Below are positions 28,727 through 38,351 of a stretch of 64,000 nucleotides of DNA, in pieces. The stretch spans positions 1 to 64,000 of the forward strand of contig JAJRWI010000015.1 in assembly GCA_024276825.1 (NCBI GenBank), in the 5' to 3' direction. The position numbers and the translations under genes were made by a program. How positions within the stretch are numbered: the stretch's first letter is position 1; each line of letters opens with the position of its first letter. Source of the stretch: an archaeon. GTDB lineage: Archaea; Asgardarchaeota; Thorarchaeia; Thorarchaeales; Thorarchaeaceae. The notes beneath the pieces are model-generated. The model did not search any database and had not been told where the DNA came from. It saw nothing but the letters and a program-made list of their open reading frames with translations.

Positions 28727-29127
28727 GATAACTATCATCACCTTAAAGGTTAATAATAAATAATTCACTATAGTTAATATAGTTTGTCCAATATACATGC
28801 ATAGGAATGAGTGTGATAAGGGAGAACGGTATTTGGAGATGCCAGCAGTGAAAGGCACATCATCTGAAGAGTGATCATCATAATCTTTCCTTTGAACATA
28901 CTGGAGAAACCACACTATGTATGTATGAGGATAAAGTGAAGAATACTGTTTCTTTGATGGTTATGATTGAAAGGGGTGGTGCTTAATTTCACCCATGCTT
29001 AGACTTAAATACTCAAAATTGTGGGCTTGAGGAAGCACTTCCCCTCGGAGTGTGATTTTGCCCAGCGACAAAGCCACCACAACAAGGGCCATGCCTCAGA
29101 GGGACACAGCAGGACAGGTGAGAAATA

Positions 29128-30075
29128 ATGGCAAGACCAATCAGAGCATCCGCTGGCCGCAAAAAGGGAATGCCCGTGTGTGCGGTGTGTGGCGGAACAG
29201 AGTTTTATGAGGACCACAATCGAGGTGAGCAGATTTGTACCTCTTGTGGGTGTGTAGTGTCTGAGAGAATCATTGATAGCGGTCCTGAATGGAGAGCCTT
29301 CACTTCTGAAGAGAGGGACGCAAGAGCAAGAACGGGATCACCCATTACATTGACCATGGCAGATAAGGGTCTTGCTACAACCATTGGTTGGAGTGACAGA
29401 GACGCTCATGGTCGTTCTATTTCTGCAAGTAGTCGTGCTGCGATATACAGAATGAGAAAGTGGCAAATCAGAACACTTGTACATAGTTCTCAACATAGGA
29501 ACCTGAGCATCGCAATGAGTGAGATGGACAGACTCTCCTCTCAACTTGGAGTTCCAAAGGAAACCAAAGAAACTGCAGCCCTGATTTATAGAAAGGCATT
29601 AGATAAGAGGCTTGTCAGAGGTCGTAGTATCGAGGGAATGGTGGCAGCATCGATATATCTCTCCTGTCGAATTCATAAGATTCCAAGACAACTGGACGAG
29701 ATTGTGACTGAGGCCCGTGTGAACAGAAAGGAACTCGGTCAGTGTGTCAGACTGATCTTGAGATATGTTAGGATTAAGGTGCCAATCCCATCAGCCAATG
29801 ACCTGATGCCGAGAATCTCAGCAGACCTTGGTCTTAGCGGGAAGACTCTGCAGACCGCAATGAACATCATCAATCAGGCACGTGAGAAGGGAATCACAGC
29901 AGGCAAGGACCCTGGCGGTCTTGCTGCAGCTGCATTGTACATTGCGGGCATCATTGAGGATGAGAGGAGGACACAGCGCGAGATTGCAGAGGCGTCCAAT
30001 GTGACAGAGGTCACGGTGAGGAATAGGTATAAGCAGTTGGCAAATGATCTGAAGATCACAATTGCACCCTCATAA
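29128..30075 (+). CDS. tfb: Transcription initiation factor IIB
   Basis: Zn ribbon, GPEWRAF, two cyclin repeats, TEVTVRNRYK. Confidence 0.96.
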   Translation: MARPIRASAGRKKGMPVCAVCGGTEFYEDHNRGEQICTSCGCVVSERIIDSGPEWRAFTSEERDARARTGSPITLTMADKGLATTIGWSDRDAHGRSISASSRAAIYRMRKWQIRTLVHSSQHRNLSIAMSEMDRLSSQLGVPKETKETAALIYRKALDKRLVRGRSIEGMVAASIYLSCRIHKIPRQLDEIVTEARVNRKELGQCVRLILRYVRIKVPIPSANDLMPRISADLGLSGKTLQTAMNIINQAREKGITAGKDPGGLAAAALYIAGIIEDERRTQREIAEASNVTEVTVRNRYKQLANDLKITIAPS

Positions 30076-30088
30076 CTAAATTCTGAGT

Positions 30089-30107
30089 AAGGGAGCATGC
30101 CTCCCTT
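30089..30107 (+). terminator. Hairpin just downstream of tfb
   Basis: AAGGGAG-catgc-CTCCCTT, 13 nt after the stop codon. Confidence 0.4.
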
Positions 30108-30137
30108 CTCATCACAATTGAAGACACGGTTCGCTCA

Positions 30138-30343
30138 CTCATGGCATATTTGATATATTCAACTGCTCTGAAGTATGTTAAGACCTCCGAGGGAAGTATT
30201 CTTTCTGTGATAGGGATTATAGATGCTCCAACTTCTCTGTCTTAATTCTGAGTGAGATTCTAGAGGAGTTTCAGATCATCGGTACTATCTTAGCATTGAT
30301 TGGAGCCTTGTTATTATTCAAGAGAGGCAAGTCAATAGATTAG
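30138..30343 (+). pseudogene. Frameshifted C-terminal remnant of an EamA/DMT transporter
   Basis: LMAYLIYSTALKYVKTSEGSILSVI, then in a shifted frame LILSEILEEFQIIGTILALIGALLL. Resembles EamA final helices; no 5' part. Confidence 0.6.
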
Positions 30344-30430
30344 CTGCAACTCAAGAATATCAGCAACTAGCAATAACAGTCTTTAACTCATCCAATATAA
30401 TAGAAATAGCTATAAGATTCTAACGGGCCC

Positions 30431-31207
30431 GTGAGTAAAATGAGACAGTTTCTCCTAGTACTTTGTGGTATTCCAGCATCAGGAAAGAGCACACTTGCCA
30501 TTGCAATCAGGGAGAGGACTAGCCAGACTCAAAACGTGGTAATAGTCAGCACAGATGATTGGAGGGACGAGGAGTACTACTCAGATTTCACTCCTGAAAA
30601 GGAGCAGATTGTTAGGAAAAGAGCACTTCATAAAACAAGGCAGATGATCAACAAGGGACTCTCAGTGATACATGATGACACTAATTATTATCAGAGTATG
30701 AGGCATGATCTATATGAGATTGCTGTAGATAGAGGGTGTGTGTTTGGGGTCGTTTATGTAAGCACGCCACCTGATATAGCAATGAGATGGAATAGACTTA
30801 GGAATATTCACATTCCTGATGAGGTGATTGAGAGAATACATGATAGATTTGACCTGCCCGGAAAGAAGTACCTATGGGATAGGCCAATAATGACCATCAA
30901 TCTCTTTGTGATGCCCGTTGATTCTGTGGCTATGGACTTGGCAGAACGATTGCGTGCCCTTCGCCCAGTGAGAAAACCCACACCTCATGAGATGAATCAT
31001 AATACTGAGCGTGTACTGCTTGATGTGATTACTAGACAGGTTGTCCGCAAATTCCTTCAAGAGATGCCAGAATATCAGAAAGACCCAAGAGTGTCAAAGA
31101 TAAGAAGGGAGGTCTTGCGCGAAGCAAGAGAGAAGGGTTTCTCGCCCCATGAAACAGAACAGACACTGCGCGTAAGACTTGGCATTCTCTCTGCAAGGGT
31201 CTCATAA
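30431..31207 (+). CDS. pstK: L-seryl-tRNA(Sec) kinase
   Basis: GIPASGKST, DDTNYYQSMR, WDRP; adjacent to tRNA-Sec, spcS and selB. Confidence 0.9.
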   Translation: MSKMRQFLLVLCGIPASGKSTLAIAIRERTSQTQNVVIVSTDDWRDEEYYSDFTPEKEQIVRKRALHKTRQMINKGLSVIHDDTNYYQSMRHDLYEIAVDRGCVFGVVYVSTPPDIAMRWNRLRNIHIPDEVIERIHDRFDLPGKKYLWDRPIMTINLFVMPVDSVAMDLAERLRALRPVRKPTPHEMNHNTERVLLDVITRQVVRKFLQEMPEYQKDPRVSKIRREVLREAREKGFSPHETEQTLRVRLGILSARVS

Positions 31208-31212
31208 GGCCA

Positions 31213-31303
31213 TGGCGGCCTCCAGAGAGAATCGAACTCTAATCGCTTGCGCGATCATGGGTTTGAAGCCCACGGGGCCGGACCACCGACCCTACTGGAG
31301 GCC
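31213..31303 (-). tRNA. selC: tRNA-Sec (anticodon UCA), 9/4 fold, encoded CCA
   Basis: GGCCTCCAG/CTGGAGGCC 9-bp acceptor stem, 7-bp D stem, CT-TCA-AA loop, long variable arm GATCGC-GCAA-GCGATT, 4-bp T stem AGAG/CTCT, 3' GCCA. Confidence 0.96.
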
Positions 31304-31316
31304 ATGGTTTCAAAGT

Positions 31317-32009
31317 CTAGATGAATTGCTTAATGAATGAATGGATTTGGTTCTTCCATTCAACACTCTTCAATGCTATCTCCTTTGCGATGTTTGAGGG
31401 CATCTTCTCATCACGTGGAAGAGGCTCAATCCTACTCAGCCATCCAGCAGTAGAGAGAGCCAGGGAATTGACTTCATCATCGCCAGCGGTGGCCTGTATC
31501 ATCATCTCTCGTGCATGAGCTACCTGAAAATAGATGTCACTAGTGGGGCTGTTATTTAGTACATGATACACTATTCTATCAACACAGCATTTTGCCACAA
31601 GTGCCTTGCTTAAACGGGTCTGTCTATCTTCATCAAGGGACTTTACTTTTGTGAGCGCCTGACTAATGCCAGACTCGATGGTTTCTGCTGTCTTGTTGAT
31701 GGTCGTTTCATCATTACCCAGAACAGAGATCTTGACTGAGGAGTCAGACTCATCGACCTTGCATGACTCGAGAGCTTCCTTGTCATCAATCTTGACAAAG
31801 AACTGTGCTTCTCCAACAAACACCTGACTCTCAGCCTTGGTTTCTTTAATCAGGCGGGCGCCAGGAAATGATGAGGAAACATACCAAGCAAGTCGGAATA
31901 CAAGTGGGGGCTCGAGTTTGTCAAAATTAATGGTCCTCTCAACCTGCGCATTGAAATGAAACTCATTCATCTCCACAGACACTCCATCGGATGCTAATTT
32001 TATGAACAA
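31317..32009 (-). CDS. Hypothetical protein inside the Sec operon
   Basis: 230-aa ORF between spcS and tRNA-Sec on the same strand; no motif recognised. Confidence 0.75.
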   Translation of the reverse strand: MFIKLASDGVSVEMNEFHFNAQVERTINFDKLEPPLVFRLAWYVSSSFPGARLIKETKAESQVFVGEAQFFVKIDDKEALESCKVDESDSSVKISVLGNDETTINKTAETIESGISQALTKVKSLDEDRQTRLSKALVAKCCVDRIVYHVLNNSPTSDIYFQVAHAREMMIQATAGDDEVNSLALSTAGWLSRIEPLPRDEKMPSNIAKEIALKSVEWKNQIHSFIKQFI

Positions 32010-33313
32010 AGCACCTTATAGAGTTTGATGGTTGCTTTCTCAATGTCCTTCCTGCGCGCTCCGATGGCAGCGTTCATTGTTATGTAGCTATGAGGGTAAT
32101 CATCGATGCAGGACCCTTGGTCGCCAGATCTGACAGCTCTGGGACCTGTGACTCTTTGATTGTAAAGCTTAGCACCAACCCCGGTCACATTCAGTCCATT
32201 AAGAGTGAGTGCAATGGCCACAGGGTTTTCAACATCAAGAATACGCTGTCCCACTTTTCCTGCAATGGACTCAAGTTGTTCTTTCAGGAAGGAGAGATTA
32301 CTTTTCTGTTTATCACGTAATTCAGTGTATCTTTCAAGACCAATCAGCAACATTGCAGACAGAGTCTGAACAATTGGTGCAGCAGTCGCACGGCCTGCAT
32401 AGGTTTCTGCAACTTGCTCAATTATTGCACCGTCTGGCGAAGCGATAATGGAACCGCCAACAGGGGTCAAGAAGTTCTTGTCGGAACTCTGTACAATGAT
32501 GTCAACACGCCCAGCGTCGATTGCAGAGCGGATGGAGGACATTACTCTTTCCGATTGGACCCCATAGGCATTATTGATCAGGAGTGGAATGTCTGCCTCA
32601 GCACACATCTTAGAGATCTCCTTCACAGGATCTGACTCACGCGGTGGAAAGAATGTGGTGGTTGCCAGAACTGCAATACCATCTGCAGACATTTTTCTCT
32701 CAAGGTCGCTCATGTCGACGATGACAGCATCATCATCAAGAGTCGTGTTAACAGGGATTGTTTCTAGCCCAGCCAGTTCAATACCTCTCTTTGGAGATGT
32801 GTGATCAATTCTAGGATAAAGTACACGTGAAACACCCCTTTCACGACGCATAGCTGCAAATGACAGGGCAATTGCCATTCCTGTTGATAAAGGAAGAACC
32901 GAGGCTGCCCTGATGTTTGGAATGCCAAGTTTCTTCAGCGCGCTCAATGCAACCTGATTGGCCAGAAACTGCATTTGACTTGCACCAACCGCCTTTGGTT
33001 GAGGGGCAGTGAGATGACCACTGCGACCAACACCATGGCAGAAGCCCGCTGACAACCGTTCAAGCAGTGGAGAAATAATCCTGGCCTCGCGTTCACCAAC
33101 TCTTGCGGCTTCAGGGTCCTTATCAGTGTCCATTAGCGACAGGAGCCGCAGTAGGAGTTCTACTTGGGATTCCGACCACGCTTTTTTGGGAAACTGTCTT
33201 CTGTTAAGAAGGTCTTTGATCGGTGCAAGGACCGCGTCAAGTGTGATTTTGCCTCGTGCCAACATATGTTTAGGTATGATGTCCTCGAGTCTTGTCAATG
33301 GATCATCTTCCAA
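32000..33313 (-). CDS. spcS: O-phosphoseryl-tRNA(Sec) selenium transferase (SepSecS)
   Basis: GEREAR, HGVGRSG, QPKA, NNAYG, PLP-lysine motif QSSDKNF. Confidence 0.95.
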   Translation of the reverse strand: MEDDPLTRLEDIIPKHMLARGKITLDAVLAPIKDLLNRRQFPKKAWSESQVELLLRLLSLMDTDKDPEAARVGEREARIISPLLERLSAGFCHGVGRSGHLTAPQPKAVGASQMQFLANQVALSALKKLGIPNIRAASVLPLSTGMAIALSFAAMRRERGVSRVLYPRIDHTSPKRGIELAGLETIPVNTTLDDDAVIVDMSDLERKMSADGIAVLATTTFFPPRESDPVKEISKMCAEADIPLLINNAYGVQSERVMSSIRSAIDAGRVDIIVQSSDKNFLTPVGGSIIASPDGAIIEQVAETYAGRATAAPIVQTLSAMLLIGLERYTELRDKQKSNLSFLKEQLESIAGKVGQRILDVENPVAIALTLNGLNVTGVGAKLYNQRVTGPRAVRSGDQGSCIDDYPHSYITMNAAIGARRKDIEKATIKLYKVLCS

Positions 33314-34697
33314 ATCTGAACTCCTCCTTTCGCAACAGGACTAGGACAACATCATCATTGATGGAGACCTCCCTGTCGAATCTTGCCGAGATGACTCCAC
33401 GAGTACCAAAGGGTCTTATGAGTTCTCCCACCGCCCCAGAATGTGTATGAACACTCATCCCACACAGCTGCATGGCACGGTCCTTTGAATGCGCAAGGCC
33501 TTCAATCAATACATCGGACTCCCTGATCCTAAATATCTTGCCAATGTGTTCTCGTTGCACATATAGTTGTGCCGAATGCACAACACTCTCAACCTGTCCA
33601 GAAGCCATGATCCTCATGCTCGTTGGGGGCAGGTCGGTTCTTAGTAGAAGTGCATTCATTTTAGGTTCAATGGGTATGGGCTTCTTAAGGAACAGTATTG
33701 CCTTGAACCGTTCATTCGACACCTCATCAATGACAATCTGTCTGCCATTGTCCTCTCTGAACGGGACTATCTCGGCAGTAACACTTGGCATTCCAATTGT
33801 GGCGCTTATCAACATCTTCTTTCTGACGATACCTTGGTATATTGGATTGAGCGTGAGTGCAACTCTAACGATTCTAGACCTTTCAGGACAACTGTCTTTG
33901 CAGATATATGACCCACGCTTGACCAAATGATGATCAATCTCTGGCAGATTCACTCCAATGCGGTCCCCAGCCTTGGCAGACTCCACGGACTTGCCAAATA
34001 TCTGAATGCTGCGAACTCTTGCCGAGAGGTTCTGTGGGGCGAGATTGACTGTGTCATCTACTGCAATCCGACCGCGAAGTATCGTACCTGTAATGACTGT
34101 GCCATGGCCTTTCACAGGAAATGCATGATCTATAGGAACCAATAGAGGACCTGAGATGTCCCTATCTTGTGGAGTGATTATCCGCAAGAGCTTCTCTTTT
34201 AGGGCCTTAATTCCAACACCTTTCTTTGCGGACACCCTCACGAGTTCCACATTGCTGAACTCAGTGTCCCTCATGATCTGTCTGACTCGTTTCTCAACCA
34301 AATCCGCTTGATGCTCATCAACAAGATCGGTCTTAGTAATAGCAACCACAACATCGCTGATCCCCATTGACTGCAGCACCAGAATGTGCTCTCCAGTCTG
34401 AACTTTGGGACCTTCATCAGCAGCCACGACTAGTATAGCAGCGTCTATTATTGTTGCGGAAGCCACCACGCTTCTAATCAGGTCTGCATGACCTGGGGCA
34501 TCAACGAGAGTGACGAGATAGTCACCAAGTGTGAACATAGTGAATCCAAGATCGATAGTTATGCCTCTCATGCGGGCTTGAGGGTGTTTATCTAGGCCTG
34601 CAGTGGAAACTTTCTCACTCAGGGCCCTAGCCAGTTCGGTCTTGCCATGGTCGATGTGCCCCATAAGTCCTATGTGAACGGGAGTGAGTTCGGTCAT
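33303..34697 (-). CDS. selB: Selenocysteine-specific elongation factor
   Basis: GHIDHGKT, RGITIDLGF, DAPGH, TKTD; archaeal/eukaryote-type C-terminus (PFGTRG); Sec-cluster context. Confidence 0.93.
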   Translation of the reverse strand: MTELTPVHIGLMGHIDHGKTELARALSEKVSTAGLDKHPQARMRGITIDLGFTMFTLGDYLVTLVDAPGHADLIRSVVASATIIDAAILVVAADEGPKVQTGEHILVLQSMGISDVVVAITKTDLVDEHQADLVEKRVRQIMRDTEFSNVELVRVSAKKGVGIKALKEKLLRIITPQDRDISGPLLVPIDHAFPVKGHGTVITGTILRGRIAVDDTVNLAPQNLSARVRSIQIFGKSVESAKAGDRIGVNLPEIDHHLVKRGSYICKDSCPERSRIVRVALTLNPIYQGIVRKKMLISATIGMPSVTAEIVPFREDNGRQIVIDEVSNERFKAILFLKKPIPIEPKMNALLLRTDLPPTSMRIMASGQVESVVHSAQLYVQREHIGKIFRIRESDVLIEGLAHSKDRAMQLCGMSVHTHSGAVGELIRPFGTRGVISARFDREVSINDDVVLVLLRKEEFRFGR

Positions 34698-34817
34698 GTT
34701 TCAAACGCCATTTAAGAGTGTATACTGTCAGCAATAAAACCTTGGCCAATACGAAGATAAATAGAGAAGTCTGGCTTATTCCTGTGTGAATATCGGGCAA
34801 TCTATGCAAGACAAGAG

Positions 34818-35234
34818 ATGAGTGTAATGGTCTCAAGGTCCATTGAGAAAATGCTTCTGATAGCAATAGGACTGTCAACAGCAGTAATTGTTGGCGTTCC
34901 AGTGCTGCTCTATTCGATTCGGACAATCTCCAATGTCAGTGATCTAGAGGTCGCAAGGTCCATTGCAGGACAGATACTGAACGCCACAGAGCGTGTGGAT
35001 TCGGGAGGATCCACGGAGGTCTCATTTCAGGTCAATATACCATCTGGGTTTAGGATCAAAGCAGCAGGCTCTAGTCTGAGCGTTTACTTGGACATGGCTG
35101 ATGATAACACATACAGCTGGAGTAGAAATTATGGCCATACAATTGTCTTGACCCCACCTCAGGAGGCAGGAATGTATTTTGTTAGTATTCAGATGGAGAA
35201 TAATATAATCGTCATCGGGTTCACAAGGGCATAA
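34818..35234 (+). CDS. Pilin-like hypothetical protein
   Basis: N-terminal SRSIEKMLLIAIGL hydrophobic helix followed by a beta-rich domain. Confidence 0.5.
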   Translation: MSVMVSRSIEKMLLIAIGLSTAVIVGVPVLLYSIRTISNVSDLEVARSIAGQILNATERVDSGGSTEVSFQVNIPSGFRIKAAGSSLSVYLDMADDNTYSWSRNYGHTIVLTPPQEAGMYFVSIQMENNIIVIGFTRA

Positions 35235-35267
35235 TGATACACCTTTTGATACTGCACAACGTTTTTA

Positions 35268-36374
35268 ATGATGACACAGTTTCCGACTCTGCAAAGTGCC
35301 AAACAGGGGTCAGTGAATATGGTAGACAATGCTGAGCTGGCAGAGACCGAAGAAGAACCTGAAGAGGAAGAGGTTGAGGAACAATCCAAGAAGGAAGAGA
35401 AGAAGAGAGTGGTTCTGGAGAAGACAAAGACCCCCAGAGCAAGAAACATTGTTGGGATGATCTTCAATCTGCGGATGCTACGTCGAATCGTTCAGATATT
35501 CTTCTTTATTGGTGTTAATGCATGGATATTGGGTGCAATGGGAAATGAGGCAGCTCAGCAGTTCTGGATCACCATTAGAGATATAATCCCTACACTGCCG
35601 ATGATTGCCCCCCTAGAAGGAATATATGCGATGATTGGAGGTTCTTTTGATGCCATGCATAGAGAGCTCGCAGCTGGAATCTTTCCATTCTTTACTCTGG
35701 GTTCTATGATAATTATACTGACCATATTGGGACGGACAACATGTGGTTGGATATGCCCCATTGGCACAATTCAAGACTTTGCAACTCTGCCAAATCGCGA
35801 GAAGATCCGCCCTGCACCAAGCACTGAAAATGAGCTGAGGAGAATAAAGGCAGGGATATTCATTATTGTCACCTTCTTCTCAAGTTGGGTTGCTATTAGT
35901 ACTATGCTTGGAACAGATGATGCAATAAGAAGAGCACTGGGAGTGTTTGCAGACTCAGGATTTGCACCAATCAATCCAGCATATATCATATTCAAACTGT
36001 TCTTTGAAGTGCCTTGGCCAAACAGCCTTGAAACCCTGTGGTATATATCCAGCTGGGGATGGGTTTTCTGGCTCCAGTTCATATTCATCCTTCTGATCGT
36101 GTTTGTGTCACTCTGGTTCCCAAGATGGTATTGCAGGTGGCTATGTCCCGCGGGATGGTTCTACGGTATATTCTCACGCAATGCACTCATTTCAATTGGC
36201 AGAAACCCTGCAAAATGCACACCAGACACATGCAATGTGTGTGAAGTTGTTTGTCCGATGAACATCAGAATCAGAAGGTTCCCCTATCAGCATGTTCACA
36301 GCCAGGAATGCATAATGTGCCTTGAGTGCAAGAGTCACTGCCCGAACGATGCAATAGAGATCAAGTTCTCATAG
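35268..36374 (+). CDS. NapH/MauN-type membrane 4Fe-4S binding protein
   Basis: GRTTCGWICPIG, YCRWLCPAG, C-terminal ferredoxin motifs, TM helices. Confidence 0.88.
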   Translation: MMTQFPTLQSAKQGSVNMVDNAELAETEEEPEEEEVEEQSKKEEKKRVVLEKTKTPRARNIVGMIFNLRMLRRIVQIFFFIGVNAWILGAMGNEAAQQFWITIRDIIPTLPMIAPLEGIYAMIGGSFDAMHRELAAGIFPFFTLGSMIIILTILGRTTCGWICPIGTIQDFATLPNREKIRPAPSTENELRRIKAGIFIIVTFFSSWVAISTMLGTDDAIRRALGVFADSGFAPINPAYIIFKLFFEVPWPNSLETLWYISSWGWVFWLQFIFILLIVFVSLWFPRWYCRWLCPAGWFYGIFSRNALISIGRNPAKCTPDTCNVCEVVCPMNIRIRRFPYQHVHSQECIMCLECKSHCPNDAIEIKFS

Positions 36375-36722
36375 GCGGTCCTTGGCAGAAGATGCGATGC
36401 GTTTGAACTCTTCGTTGAGGTGAGAGTAAAGCTCCATCAGATGATCAGCAAGGCGTGTGACCACGGCCCCGCCGCCGTGCGGTCCACCCTTCTTTGTAAT
36501 CAGGAGTTTCTCGCCAATCTTTGACTCAATCTCATTAATGACACCCCAAGCGTATCTATAGGACATATTCAGAGCGCTAGCACCTTTAGCAATTGACCCA
36601 GATTCTTTTATACTCTTTAGAATCGCATATGCGCCCGGACCAAAGACATATTCTCCATCAAGCTCGAGCCAAAGCTTCCAGTTGGCAGTATAATGACTTT
36701 TAATCCTTTTTTCATCACTCAC
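36369..36722 (-). CDS. ModE-type wHTH regulator
   Basis: GSIAKGASALNMSYRYAW...GGPHGGG. Confidence 0.88.
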   Translation of the reverse strand: MSDEKRIKSHYTANWKLWLELDGEYVFGPGAYAILKSIKESGSIAKGASALNMSYRYAWGVINEIESKIGEKLLITKKGGPHGGGAVVTRLADHLMELYSHLNEEFKRIASSAKDRL

Positions 36723-36774
36723 CGGTGATGGTCTCCTTATTTCCGAGTTGTAAACCAGACTATGATGCGTAGAA

Positions 36775-36996
36775 CTAATGCCCCCAACGAAGGCGTTCGG
36801 CCTTGGTGTCCTTCTTGAATGACTTCTTCACTTTCTTCCAGTGATCATGACATAGATGGATTTTGCGGGACCTTGCATCCTTCACTTTAAGGCCGGACTT
36901 TGTCACACTCTCAGCGATTCTTACTGTTGCAAAGGTTCTCTTTGAGGGCTTATCGCAACCAACGATACTACAGGTCTTTTTGCTTTCAGGGGACAC
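36775..36996 (-). CDS. Small basic Zn-binding protein
   Basis: CSIVGC...LCHDH pattern. Confidence 0.65.
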   Translation of the reverse strand: MSPESKKTCSIVGCDKPSKRTFATVRIAESVTKSGLKVKDARSRKIHLCHDHWKKVKKSFKKDTKAERLRWGH

Positions 36997-37084
36997 GGTC
37001 TACACTTCCATATTCATGTTCATCAGAATGCTGAGTTTATATAACATTGACGGCGATGCATTCCACCCATTGGACTACTAAAGT

Positions 37085-38074
37085 CTACTCTTTACTTCTG
37101 GGTGTGAGAACAGGACCCTTGGAGTAGTTAAATATCACCTGTTCCTCGTTGTTCAGTCTGAGTCGGAGTGATTCCGAATCATCAACTTCACCAATGACTA
37201 CAGAGTTCATGTTATGATCATTCACTATCTCTGACATTCTGTCCAGGTCATCGGGCGATACTGCAACTAGGAATCCGACCGAGATGAACATCCGCAGCCA
37301 ATCACTCAGGGGAATCTCTGGTGGACGTGTTGTGTCAATCATGTTTAAATCAACAACACCACCCTTGCCAGAGTATTCCAGCATCATCCCTGCGGTCCCT
37401 ATAAGCCCTGCCACAGACACATCCTTGGATGCGTTGAGAAGGTGAGATGTTGCTAGGACTCTCATGACTGACAGCCTGCTCACTATGTCCTCAGATGATC
37501 TTCCTGTGACTGTGTCCCATCCGAGTGTATAGTAGGAGCCACGCTTGCCAGCCCTGTCAAAGATGAGAACGAGCAGGTCGCCTGTTTTCGCGCCTCCAGA
37601 TGTGAGCATGTCATTCTTCATCACAGTCCCAGTGGCAGAACCCACAACATAGGTTGAGCTGGACTGAGAGTTCGTATGACCACGGACGATTGGAATCTGA
37701 AATGTGTGTGACCCTTCAATCAGCCCCTCAAGAAGTCGTTCTCCAATGCTTGGATCGGAGTATGACAATGCCACAGCAAATGATGTCGGACGGCCGCCAG
37801 CAGCATAGATATCCATTACATTAGCAAGGACCACATTGAATCCGGCTGCATGAGGATACTTTAGACATAGTTCTTCTACAATCGAGTCTGTTGTAAGTAG
37901 AATGACCTCATCAGAATCTGTACTTATTGCTGCAGAGTCTTCGCCAAGACTGTGAGGCTGATCACTCTTGTATGATGCTTCTCTGAGGCGACCAATAATC
38001 CTTGGGAGAACAAACTTTCGAGAGATTCCTTCAAATTCAAGAAGAAGTGATATGATCTCATTCAATGAACTCAC
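37085..38074 (-). CDS. AIR-synthase-related protein (PurM/SelD fold, methanogenesis marker 2/sll0787-like)
   Basis: GEDSAA, NVMDIYAAGG, RGHTN, KDVS..G..GT. Lacks the SelD GC/UGCK loop. Confidence 0.8.
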   Translation of the reverse strand: MSSLNEIISLLLEFEGISRKFVLPRIIGRLREASYKSDQPHSLGEDSAAISTDSDEVILLTTDSIVEELCLKYPHAAGFNVVLANVMDIYAAGGRPTSFAVALSYSDPSIGERLLEGLIEGSHTFQIPIVRGHTNSQSSSTYVVGSATGTVMKNDMLTSGGAKTGDLLVLIFDRAGKRGSYYTLGWDTVTGRSSEDIVSRLSVMRVLATSHLLNASKDVSVAGLIGTAGMMLEYSGKGGVVDLNMIDTTRPPEIPLSDWLRMFISVGFLVAVSPDDLDRMSEIVNDHNMNSVVIGEVDDSESLRLRLNNEEQVIFNYSKGPVLTPRSKE

Positions 38075-38100
38075 AGGGTCACCACCATGGTCTCACAGGT

Positions 38101-38226
38101 TCATGGTGGACCGAGAAATCTGATTACGTAGGCAGTTTGACCCAAAATGATTCCAATGCCCAATAGAGAGAGACCAATCATGAAGAATATGAGTGCTCTC
38201 ATCTCGGGACGTATCTCTTCAAACAT
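38101..38226 (-). CDS. 41-aa single-TM microprotein (possible UGA readthrough to 38071)
   Basis: SD GGTGAGG then MFEEIRPEMRALIFFMIGLSLLGIGIILGQTAYVIRFLGPP-UGA. Below the ORF-track size cutoff. Confidence 0.65.
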   Translation of the reverse strand: MFEEIRPEMRALIFFMIGLSLLGIGIILGQTAYVIRFLGPP

Positions 38227-38351
38227 TATGCCTCACCTTGTCTGATTCTCATGCAATTTTGTTTTACTTATAGACATTATGGGATGACCAAATACAATTA
38301 CATCCATCTAATTGATTGTATACAGTAGACTTCAGTTCAGAGTATTATTGA

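Noticed and set aside
28784-28797. TTGTCCAATATACA resembling the right end of the 182-bp element
   Set aside because: Only a 13/14 match with no flanking similarity; it cannot be distinguished from chance.
37085-38074. Possible selD near the Sec cluster
   Set aside because: It has the PurM/SelD fold but lacks the N-terminal GC/UGCK catalytic loop; it fits the AIR-synthase-related marker-2/sll0787 type better.
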